Assembly: GCA_964016885.1 (NCBI GenBank)
Contig: OZ024746.1
Location: 744,001-808,000, forward strand
Reading direction: 5' to 3'
From: Eledone cirrhosa
Lineage: Eukaryota
DNA length: 64,000 bases
Both the position numbers and the translations under genes were made by a program. This document shows positions 28,390 through 40,500 of the stretch, in pieces. How positions within the stretch are numbered: the stretch's first letter is position 1; each line of letters begins with the position of its first letter. Below the pieces are notes generated by a model. The model ran no database searches, had not been told where the DNA came from, and saw only the letters and a list, made by a program, of their open reading frames with translations.

Positions 28390-29030
28390 ATATCTTTTGT
28401 TGATCTGGAAAAGGCCTTTAAACAAGTACTATGATCTGTCACTTGGAGTCCTTAAGGGAACTAGGTATAAAAGAGTGAGCCATGTACAGAAGAGCTGTCA
28501 GTAAGTTAAGTAATGAGTTTAGTGAAGAATTCAATGTGCAGGTAGGTGATCATCAGGATTCAGTCCTTAGCCCGCTCCCGTGTGGCAATTCTCCAGGTCA
28601 TAACTGAGGAGTTTAAAATAGGCTGTCAATGGGAACTTCCGTATTTTGATGACCTAGTTCTTATAGCCAAATAGAAGAGCTCGGAATGTAAAGACAGGGA
28701 AATGATCCTATCAGGGAAGTGGAAGAGCTAGGGATGTCAAGAAGACAGGGCCATGATCCCATCAGGAAAGTGGTACTGCTCAAAATGTAGAAACTATACA
28801 ATATAAATCTTGGGTACACAAGAGGTGCAGTGGGGTAGCAGGCAGATTAACAAAAAAGGTTGACTTTGCATGGAACAGATGCACAAGGATAGCTGGTTAG
28901 TAAGGGCATCAGTGAAATAAACTTTTTCCAACCCCAGGAAGGTTCCATAGAAGTAGTTGATAGCTTCTGCTACCTGGGTGATTAGTGGTACAGGAGGTTG
29001 CACTGAGAACATAGGAGCAAGGATCTGAAG
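28390..29030 (+). mobile_element. Decayed RTE LINE reverse-transcriptase fragments
   Basis: Frameshifted motifs FVDLEKAF, VGxHQxSVLSPL and GCQWELPYFDDL (YADDL-like). Similar debris at about 24140-24500 and 38920-39240. Confidence 0.7.
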
Positions 29031-29449
29031 GAGATGTGTTTACATTTATGACACTATTGGTAACATAAGTGTTTCTATAACACTTATTCTCAACCAGCAC
29101 ATTGTGTTGGTTGCTATTTTCTACCTATCTTCATATGTGTGTGATACTAAATGATTATATATATATATATATCATCATCATCATTTTAACGTCTGCTTTC
29201 CTTGCTAGCAAGGGTTAGATGGGTCTACATAGATCAAGTCAGTACTGAAGCAGTGGCTACTGATCTCCCAGACAAGCTAGGGATCAGTCCTAGTGCACAA
29301 GGGAGGTTGTCATGTCTTTGACACAACTAAAGGGTTTTCCTAACTCTTTGTTTGATAAGCTTTCTATGGCTGGTTGCCGTTCCTATCACCACACTCACAC
29401 ACATGTATATATATACACATATACACACCCCACACACATATATATCTTC

Positions 29450-29935
29450 GCCCACTTATACCTGAGAGAGGGAAGTCCTCAAAAACTTTTTTCAGTGGAT
29501 CCTTTCAGAAGCAAGTCTCTAACTGATCTGGCTGGATCCCCAAATGAGATCAGCCTAGCTCGTGGATGTTATCCAACCATCTTGCTCAAGTCTACCCCTG
29601 GGTCTCCTGTCAGTTGGGTTTACCCATAAAATCTGTCTAGTGATTCTATCTTGAGACATTCTAACCACATGTCCATAGTATTGGAACTGTGATCTCTTAA
29701 TTCGGAGAAGTAACAGCTCTACCTCGAGTGACTCTCTGATCACCGAGCTACACTCTATCAAGTGATGTTACTCCAAAGACCCTTCGAAGGAACCCCCATT
29801 TCGGCCACTTGTATTCGCGATCGTATTCTTTCAGTCATTACCCAAGATTCATGACCATAGGTAAGGGTTGGAACAAATACCAAATTGAAGATAGTGAGTT
29901 TGGCTTTTACACCTACCTCCCTTCTTCTGATTACT
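29450..29935 (-). mobile_element. RTE-clade LINE 3' fragment (second family)
   Basis: ORFs 29758-30000(-) and 29555-29761(-): KLTIFNLVFVPTLTYGHESWVMTERIRSRIQVAEM and RSQFQYYGHVVRM...RRPRGR. Confidence 0.88.
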
Positions 29936-30569
29936 GATGCTGAAGCACTACTGCACCATACATATATATATGTGTGTGGATAAATCATTAATAATAACAA
30001 ATATATACAATTATGTTATTATAATAAGCCTGTAGTAAAACTCTGTATCTAAAAGTTGCAAATTTAAAATTAATCTTAGTGGAGGTGTCTAATCTTATCA
30101 GCACATTTTAAACTGAATCAATAGCAAATTATTTGGTAATTATGACTAATTTAAAACAAAAACTTATAAAAATTTAAGTTTAAACTATTTCAGTGACATA
30201 TTACGTTTCCAGATAGATTTTTAAAATTCATTTTTAATCCCAATATATTATACATCTAAAATTTCCAGTTTAAGCTTTGAGATTCTTTTAAGTTGCGGAT
30301 CAATTTTGCTGTATCATGACAGTTATTTTAAAACCAGTATTCTCTATTGATCAACCTGGTTCCATGTTACAAATCGCGTAGACTTCAAGGTTAGGATAAG
30401 AAGATTTACATTGTTCATTTTTAGATTTATCAGAAATATTCTATTCATGTCTATTATTCGATTAGCTTTGATTAAAGGAAAAAGAAAATAGATAAAAAAA
30501 AAAAAAGACGACTTTAAGATTTGCGAATGGAAAGCTTATATACTCTCGGGAATAAGCAGAGGAATCGGT

Positions 30570-30845
30570 AATTTTTCTACGTGGTGTCCGTTGATTCTAT
30601 TAAAAACCAGAATTAGTCGTTTAGTTTACATATTTAGATCCCCAACCCATCCTATTTATTTTATAACGTATGGGATTTCTAGTAATGCACTTTTTTTTTT
30701 ATCATGTATTTTGTTTTTTAATGTTTAAAGAAAATTAAAATAAAATTTCGCCGGAGATAGATTAGCATAATTTAATAAGATGGGTATGGGGTGGAAAAAA
30801 TCTGAAAAATTAATAAACGGGGACGAAAATTCGAGATCCGAAAGT
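30570..30845. repeat. Unclassified dispersed repeat family
   Basis: GATTCTATTAAAAACCAGAATTAGTCGTTTAG...ATGGGATTTCTAGTAATG recurs at about 53350-53530 and 59135-59360, with a partial copy at 12030-12110. Confidence 0.7.
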
Positions 30846-33538
30846 ATATATATATACAAAATTATATATTTGCTTCACAATAAGGATGTCCCATCTTCGA
30901 TTCGATTATGCGGCATCTTAACTGTTTTCTATAGCAGCGGTTCCTAACCACAGACCCATTTATTTAAACGAATTTTCCCCACAGATCCCGCCAAATATGA
31001 AAGATCGGCCACTTAAAGACTACATCTAAAACAATTTGAATATTCCGGTAGATTTAGAAATGGCTTTTAAAATTTACAAAGTTTATTTTAATTTCTCTTA
31101 TATAGAGTAATTATGCATTTCCCACCACAGCCTTTTAAAATGTTGGACTCAGTTGGTGGCCCCAGGTTGGGTGGGAATCGTTGTCCTACAGCTTCAAGTT
31201 CACCCAAGACTTTTCTGAGTCAAACTGTCGTCTGTAGATTCCATGTTTAATTACAAGAGCTGTCCTTTATCACACAGTATCATGCCTGATTGTGTTCTTA
31301 AGTTTGTTGTAGCTATCACGGAGGGAATTACAAAATATGTATATATCTGGAAAATGTTTAACGACTTAACGCGTAGATAGCTCCCGATGATCGAACAGGG
31401 ATGCTCATCGTCGAAACTGACGAAGAATCGATTTATTATTTAACTAAAAACTAATTACTCGACGTATTACTGAATCTATATTAAAAAAATGCCGTTACTT
31501 TTTTCAACAGAAAAAAAATATATATAGCGTTAATTCCAATAGAGTATTTATTCTACTGATGATTACAAAATTCTTTAAAATAAAGAAACAGTTCTAAATA
31601 TTTGTCATACTTGAATCTTGATATAAGTTACGCAGACCAAGACAAGAATTGTGAGTAGAAATTAGGACAATGTGAAGAGACAGAAATAAGAATTAAAATA
31701 GGTAAAAATGTGAAATTATTAGTCTGAAAAATGAAATGACATTCCGAGAGTGACGGTTAAATTAGTATTAGGTACCTCAAACTATCTTAAAAGATGCCAT
31801 TGATAGCAGGCTGTCGGCCGACAAGAATGTCTTTTGACAAACTCTTTAAATAACGAACAAATATTTACAGGCAGCTCCATTTCTGTAGCATTTTTTCCTA
31901 CCCACTATTTCTGTCGATATAACAGTTCTTGTTACATAAATAGCAATACCTTATCACATTATATATATATATATATATACACTTGAGAATAAAAAATACA
32001 TTTTGCTCATTTAATTTGGTTTGTAAACTACATTACAATTACATATATATTGTTATATATATATATATAATTTAGAGAGAAATGTCTATAGTTGGGGACT
32101 GATATAATCAGTAAAGACGAAATGAAAACTAGACTGGGAGCAGTCTTATTAAATCTATCACACACACATAACTTAATCGATATATTTTAACAATATAGCT
32201 ATTCATGCAATAAGTAAACTTCCATTCAAAGTGCGCGGCAGTAATTGCATGGCTAAGGAGAGGGGGGTATTATTTTGGGGGGTTTCGGTTAGTTTCAATC
32301 TTTGCATTAAAAAGTGATGGTAAAATTGGTAAAGAAAAGTTACTGATAAAGGGAAAAAGGAAAGGCATATTGCAAAATATTGAAGTGAAATCGTTATTGG
32401 CAGTATGAAATAAGTTTGAAAGCAAGGTCAGAGGTGTAGTGGAAAAACGACTTAACACATGCGCAGAGTAAATAGAAGAAAGCTGATCTGACATTGAAGC
32501 TTTCTGCAGTTGATTGACGTCACCATCACTAGTTTTAACAAGAGAATCTTCTATTGTTTTCCATCTTAAAACATGTGTCTGCTCATTCTTTCAATGCACC
32601 TTGATAATGATAGAATGACTTAGTATATAACAACCTTGTACACATTAAAAAATATAATACGTGCAATTGGTCTTCCTGTTTGGTATATATATATATATAT
32701 CCCATATTCACGTAAATTTAATTTCAGTCGTTTTTAATTCCACCTCTCCTCAATTTAACAATCGAAAACTATATTTATTAATGCCAGCATTGTGAAATTT
32801 ATCAACAAAGCCGGTTTACAAATTAGTTTGGTTTCTGCTAGACTGCCATCTAGCACCAATCTCCGCCAACAGCCATCTCTTATTAATACCCACGTGTCAG
32901 TCTAATCTTATTGTGAACGTAAGTGCTGTTGGTTTATTTAGTTCATGTTATTTATTTCAATGTATATTTATGTCGCAACTTTATTTTTGGCTGTTAAACC
33001 GATTTTTCTTCGCTTCTTAAAAAAAAAACAATCGATATATATATGTATTATATATATATAATATATTTTTACTCCCTTTTTCTCCTTTACCACCCACATT
33101 TTCAATTTCGTTTAATGAAAGATGATAAAAAATGTTTTTTTGGTAGAGACATATAATTTCCTTACATAAGAAAATTTTTTTGTAAGTAAAGTATGGATGA
33201 TTTAAAGTATATCATTTTTATACCTCTCAACGGTCGTCCCATCTTTAGTGTAGCCAAAAACTTCTTTCGTAGTTAAAGACATCTTTTTTTATGTAATGGG
33301 GGAAAATAAAACACTATTTCATTGAGTATTTTAATATGTAATGAAGGACAAGAAAGAAAGAGGGAGGAAATCGGGGGAGGATATAAGCGGCCTTACATTA
33401 CATTTAATGGAATGGAAGTGCGCATGTCAGAGTGTCATGTGACACATCACATGACTACTTTCTCTTCTTAATCTCCAATATAACATATACGTGTGTATAT
33501 ATACACACTCATATGTATATATACTTTGTATACACACA

Positions 33539-33590
<52 letters not shown>

Positions 33591-33842
33591 ATTAAACGTG
33601 TGTATATCTTCAATCTTTCTTTCTAAAAAATGTCTTACAGCTACAGAATATATTGATTCGTTTGTTGTATTTAAAAAGAAAAACACTATATTTTGAATGT
33701 CTATTTTTTTTCAAATATTTGAAATTTATCTCAAGTAATTATATTTAAGGGCGGAGAAAGAGTGCTCAATATTTTTCCGCTATTTCTGCTTCCTTTTTGT
33801 TAACCCCTACCCCCTCTATATCAATATATTTACCTGTCTCTT

Positions 33843-33873
<31 letters not shown>

Positions 33874-34094
33874 CAATATCTGCCTGCCTCTTCTCTCTCT
33901 ATATATATAGCAATATCGGCTTCTCTCATATATAGAGAGAAAGAGATATCAGTATCTGCCTTTCTCTCTCTATCAATATATTTATTTGCTTCTCTTTCTA
34001 TAAGTATATATATCTGTCAATATCTGCCTCTCCCTATCAATATTTACCTCCCTCTCCATATATATGTATCTGCCTCTCTCTCTTGATGTGTTAT

Positions 34095-34265
34095 TAGTGA
34101 CAGTGAAGTAGTAGCAATAACAAAGATAGTAGTAATAGTAACATCAGTGATAGTAGTAGTGGTAGTAGCAGTAACAACAATAGTGGTAGTAGTAACAGGA
34201 GTAGTGGTGGTAGTAGTAACAACAATAGTGATAGTAGTAGTAGTAACAGTGGTAGTGGTAGTAGG
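34095..34265. repeat. Degenerate (GTA/GTG)n trinucleotide tract upstream of the hnRNP L start
   Basis: Visible low-complexity repeat; it explains the poly-Val and poly-Leu ORFs. Confidence 0.9.
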
Positions 34266-34515
34266 CTGTATTTCTTCTTACATAGCAACGTGCAGCTGCT
34301 GCGAGAAGTGGAGGGCATTATTAAATCTTCAGCTCTCACTCACAGCCACACATATATATATATATATATACATACACACAACCATATATAACATAATATA
34401 CATACAGCTATATATATACATTATTTAGTATATATATTAAGTGTATATATATATATATATATATTTAGTGTGCAGCGTTGAGCTCTGTTACAACAGTATT
34501 TAGCGTTAGTGAAAA

Positions 34516-34590
34516 ATGGCGGCTTATGAGGGTCATGTAGCAAAGCGTCAAAAAACTGAAAATAATGGATATGGAATGAACCAAGGAAAA
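34516..34590 (+). CDS. HNRNPL: hnRNP L exon 1 (MAAYEGHVAKRQKTENNGYGMNQGK; NLS-like KRQKTE)
   Basis: AAAATGGCGGC start context. GTAAGT donor at 34591. Phase 0 matches exon 2. Confidence 0.85.
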
Positions 34591-37500
34591 GTAAGTGCTT
34601 GGACATTTTTAGCTTAGATATTTTTGTATATATAAAAAAAAAACTATTAATATATATATATATATATAGAGATATATATAATTCAATTTTAAATTTTAGA
34701 GTGAAAGTCAATTTGTACACACACACACACACACACACACATATGTGTGTATAATGCAAATAATGTTCCAGGAAAATGTGTAAAAAGTGATATTGGTGTG
34801 TGATGTGTTTTTAGTTTTCTTGGCTGGGTTGCAATAAATTAGAAATTGTTAGAGAATTGATTGGAAATTGAAATCTATTTAGTTAATGGAGATATTTTAA
34901 AATATCAGAAAATGTGGAATTTTCCCCTTTTTTTCTCTTTAATTTACTAACCTCTTATTTTCACTTCTTCACATAATATTATATAATTATTGTTTGAGGT
35001 TTCTGATTTCTAATACATTGTTAAATATATAATTGTTTTTTACAATATAGTTTCTTTTAAAAATCTCTTAATATCTTCCATAAAACATTTCAGCAACATA
35101 AATATAGATTATTTATATTTGAAATATTAAATTATAGATATTTGATATTTGTGACCGCATGGCTTAGTGTAAAGAAGAAATGATGGCTACAAACATCTTT
35201 TATAATGTGAAATAAACCTTTATAAACTCTCTTGGAATATTTCCCCCTTTTAATTAGTTTTTAATGTTTTAATATCTAAACCTTAATGACAATTAGTATT
35301 AAGACAGTAACAACGACCTCATATTTTATTTTTCATTTACAAAAGACACAGACATAGCTTTCCTTTCCTCCCTGGTATTTCTCTCCCTATTCTACCTTAT
35401 GACTAATATATTACAAAATAAAGGGCTTTGATGGGGGAGGAAACTGCTCCACAAAATAAAGGGGATCCATCAACTATTTCTCTCCCTATTTCTCATATCT
35501 TATGACTAATATATTTACTTCACAGAAAATAAAGGGGATCCATGAAGTATTATTAAAAGGAATAATATATTTCTACTCCAGAGAAAAAAAGGGATTCATG
35601 AAATATATAAAAAATAAATAAAATGTGATATTTTTCTGTTTCTCTTTTATTAAACATTCCCAACTATTGTTGGTTTATATAAAAATTTCATTTACATTTA
35701 AATTGTTGCACAATTTTCTTATTTGAAATTGTTAGCTTTTGATAATATAATGAATATTTCTTAAAATACTATATATTTTCTTTGTAAAAGAAATATAATG
35801 TAGAGATCACTACGAATGGTTGAATATTTTAAATTTCCATATTAAAAAAAAAAAAATCATTAAAAATGGAGGAGGGGACACTTAAAGGAAGAATATTTTC
35901 TAAATTCTGTGTCAAAAATGTTGCTGGCAATGTGTTTATTATATGGTTGAATGGAAGTTTTGTTGCTGAAGATGTGGCGAGCAACTTATCACAGCCAACT
36001 ACTTGCCAAAGTAGCCATGTTCAACTTGTATCGAAAATAAAATCGATGTGACCTTTTTATTATTTCTTCTCTGTCCTGGCTAAGAAACCATTATTTCTTC
36101 TCTGTCCGATTGTGATCGTCATGGAGGTTTTTAATTTCCACTTGGAACATCTAGGAAATACAATATGTATTTATATCAAATGGGATATGCTGCTTAACAT
36201 TATTGGCGCTAGTTTATATATAGCATCAATCTCCTTTGTTGTAAAATTATAGAATATGGAGATTACGAGTGAAAAAAATGCCAAGAATTTGTCATGTCTC
36301 TCTTTACATATTTGTCTCCATTATTAAAGCTGCTTAAGAAATATTGCAATGATTTAATTTATTTTCCCACTCCCAGTTTTCAATTAATGTCAGGACCTTA
36401 CTCTTAATCCCCCCCCCCCCCCCCCATTATTTCAACTAGTGCTTATTACTAAAATTTTAATTAAAACATTCAACATATTTATTTTTTATTAAACCAGTGT
36501 TGCATTTAATGAGTGCGAGAGATTCTGCCACTAATTTATTTGGGACTAGAAATATTTGAAATGTGTGTAAATCACTGTCCCGTACAAATAGGTTTTTTTT
36601 TAACCGTTAAAACTCCTCTTCAACTAATTGGTTGCACTCGTCATCCCTGTTCTCCTCCCCCTCTCTCTTGTCATACACTGACCAACACTCCTCCTCCTCC
36701 TTACTGCGACTGCGCAAACCTCGGGTTTCCTCTCCTCCTCCTTTTCCTCAGTTTAATGGAGGTGGGATATTACACTAGAAATCTTAACACTCAGCACTGC
36801 TCTCTTTTTATTTTACTTTACAAATATACTCGACTTCCATCGAAAGAGAACAAGAAACAATTGAAATATCTAATACTTGGAAGTTACTCTCTGTTGCCAT
36901 TGTTCAATGCGTAAGATAAAAGTATTTGTCTTGTCATTGTCCTCCGTTTTACATTACTCATCGCCGATGAATCATTAAAATATTACATATGTAAAGTATT
37001 TTAAAAAGATTAGATGTATCTTTTTATTTTTAATAATTTATTGTCAGTTTTAGTGTCCTTGTTAGCTTTATTAAAGATCTACTCACATTCAATCAATCGA
37101 TAGAAATAATTTATTAAATATGAAATTTATATATTAGATTCTATTTTATTTTTAATGATGTTTGTGTCTCAGTTTTAAGAAGGCGTATTATCGAAAGTGT
37201 TAAGCTAGTTTTCGAATGATTTACATTTTTCTACATGAATTTAGTGGTTTTACTTAGGTTTTTAAAATATAAATTCTATATTTTACTAATTTGACAGGAT
37301 AAATTAATGGAAGATCCTCACAAACCATCACCATCACCCGTGGTACATGTCCGTGGTCTCTCTGAGACTGTGGTAGAGCAAGACTTGGTTGATACCTTGC
37401 AGAACTTCGGATGCATTAGGTAAGTTCTCCTCCACATCTTATAGTCTCTTGTTTTACCGTTCATATGTGTGCTTAATGATAGTAAATATTTTTCGAATAG

Positions 37501-40500
37501 GCTATGTAACCGGTAAACCCTAAAGGGACGCAACATACATCGCTATAGCATTTCACCCTATCTTTTGCGTAAAGCCTAACGAATGGTCGGCTAAATGATT
37601 TTATGTTGTTTAACAATAGTGGAAAACGTTAACTGAGGCCGCAAATCGTGGTGTCTGACACTCTGACCGGTTACATAGTCTCTTCAACATTTTTTTGCGT
37701 AGTTATATCATTATTCCTCTCTTTCAGTTATGTAATCATGATGCCAAAGAAGAGACAGGCTCTGGTTGAGTTTGAGGTGAGTTGATTTTATATTGGATTA
37801 TTTGGTGGCTATCATCACTTGGTTAATACATCCATTCACAATTTAAGATTTTTTTTAAACAAGGAGGTAAATTTTGTAAAATGCAACATTAAATTTGAAC
37901 TTATAAAATATACTATAAGGGTAAATATAATGGAATGTTTTAAAACTACAAAATGATCATGTCATTCCTATTACAGGTAAATAAAATATTGCATGAAACC
38001 ACAATCATCATCATCATTTAACGTCTATCTTCTACGCTAGCATGGGTTAGACGAGAATTGAGGCAAGATTGATCGGGTGACTCACATAGCAAAACATTTT
38101 TGAAAAGTACAAAATTAACTGCATCACTTTAATATTACACATTTTGACATTTTCTGGTGACATATATTGTTTACTGTTGTAGGATATGTGTGGAGCAACT
38201 GAATGTGTAAACTATGTTCAGTCCAATCAACTCTATGTTAGTGGTCACCCAGCTTTCTTCAACTTCTCTACTAGTCAGAAGATCCAGAGACCAGGGTAAG
38301 TTATAGTTTATATATCCATGTATAGATCTTGTCATACCATATATATAACTATGTTGCATCTTTCCCCATGAAAATATGATGTAAAAATGAAATAACATGC
38401 AACTTAATAATCTGAATTTAAAATATATATGGTACATTGTAGGTGTAAAATAGTGTGTACTATATATAGGTAGATGACAGGTTTACTGATGTACTACGAG
38501 TAAGGATGAGAGGCGTGAGGTGATCTATATTATAAAGCAATGTGTTGGTGTGAATTGGGATGTTAGAAATGGTTTAGCCTCGTTGGTGCTCAGGAGAAGG
38601 AGGCTTGAAACTATTATGAATGGTTGGAGGTGGAGTGGCTATCAAAATTGATACTTATAGGGTCTCAAAGAAGCAAGAGGGTGCTGTACCAGTTGAAATA
38701 ATGAGCTAATACATGTGGTATCCAATAACTAGTGTATCTGTATAATTGTTGTTAGAAGGCTTTAGAAATGAAACTTCAGGTGTAAAGCTGATGGACCAAT
38801 GGAAAAATGTGAAATTAGGTGGAGATATAGTTGTTTTATGTCCGGAATTAGCTCCACAAATGGCCTCTTAATGAAACAATTACAAGCTCCTTTAAGTATC
38901 AGCTGCTATACCTACCATTTGTAGATCTGGAAAAGGCTTTTGATAGTACCATCATCTTGGGGTCCTTACGAAAACCTAGTCCTCAGCCCCCTTCTATTAT
39001 AGATTTTTTTTTTTTTTTTTTTTTTTATATGTTATCTATTGGAAGCACTTGAGAGGAAATTCTCTTGGAGAAACAGAACATAGAATCAAAAAACTTAAAG
39101 AAGGTGGCCATATTTGATATGTAAAGGAGTTTGTAGGAACTCATGAGTGTAAGGTGTACAGCTACAAGAGGTGTGAATAGTGGACAGTAAGAGCAGAGAA
39201 AGCTACCACAGAAATAGTTTCTGATATGTAGGTGACCTAATTAGCTATGGGTCTATGTTGTAAATGGCAATGATGGTTATTTTCGGGAAAAAGAAAATTA
39301 CAGAATATTGGTGTTTTACAAGCATAATATAACCTTCTTTTTTTCAGTGGCCCAGAAGATATGCGGACTGCAAATCATATTTTGCTATTTACCATTTTAA
39401 ATCCACAATATCCAATAACTGTGGTATGTAAAACTCCTTGTTTTCTCATTTTTGTTTGGAATTGTAGAATTACATAACTTATTCACATATTTTACAGAAT
39501 ATTTTAATACCAAAAATATTGTAGCATGGGTGTATGGTTGAGTTACATTCCAAGAATATAAATATACATGTATATTGTTAATTAGATATATTTTTAATTT
39601 TTCAGGAGGTTATGCATACAATCAGTTCTCCATATGGTCAAGTACAAAGAATTGTTATCTTCAAAAAGAACGGTGTCCAAGCAATGGTTGAATATCCTTG
39701 AGCCATGAATGTCATTTTATTTGATTTTTTTTAAACTGCCTTCTAAATTTATGGTCACTTAACTATTCTTACATCTATATATTGAGCAATAGCATGGAGT
39801 GGGAATGAATGGGTGTCCCTTAATTGGATCAGCCCAGCATGTAACTGGTGACTCTAGCCAGACTACTGGAAGCAATCTATAATGCTGCAAATGTTTGTCT
39901 TGCCTGACAAGACAAAACTAAAGTGACCATAATTTCATTGTTTTGGATGTTTCTGCTGGTTTGTAAATTACTGTGAAATATTTAGAAAGGAATAAGTTAA
40001 ATTGCTTGATTTTTATATATAACTAGCTTGTATACACTGTCTATAATGGTTTGATTTTGAGGAAGGGAGAAGTTAATTAAATCGACCCCAGTGTGTGACA
40101 GGTATGTTTTGACCCCGTAAGGATGAAAGGCAAAGCAAACCACGATGATATTGTATACATTTAGCATATTTGAATATTGAATTAAGTTCATAAAATCAAT
40201 GGTCAGGGTGGGTTTGTATTAGTATGTCACAGATGTCGCTTTTCTTTTTTATACATTTGTAAATATTGGTATATTGATATACACACATCCACATTAAGAA
40301 ACTTGTGGTGTGTGTTATGAGGTTTACCTAATATGTCGTGTACATTTAGCTACAGATAGTAAGACTCTTTTTAATTCTATTACATTACATAATATAAAAG
40401 TACTCATTGGAAATTGTGGTTATTTTCCATTGTTTTATATATATCATCATCATCATCATCGTTTAACGTCCATGTTCCACGCTTGCATGGGTTTGGATAT

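Noticed and set aside
31770-32500. Divergent minus-strand gene upstream of hnRNP L
   Set aside because: Short ORFs without recognisable homology or consistent splice sites.
20832-34759. ORFs rich in YIYI, CVCV, poly-L or poly-V
   Set aside because: Translations of (TA)n, (CA)n and (GTA)n microsatellites.
37514-37526. AAACCCTAAA next to a long stem as a telomerase RNA template
   Set aside because: Only an 8-nt match. No convincing pseudoknot, and there is no room for an H/ACA domain before exon 3.
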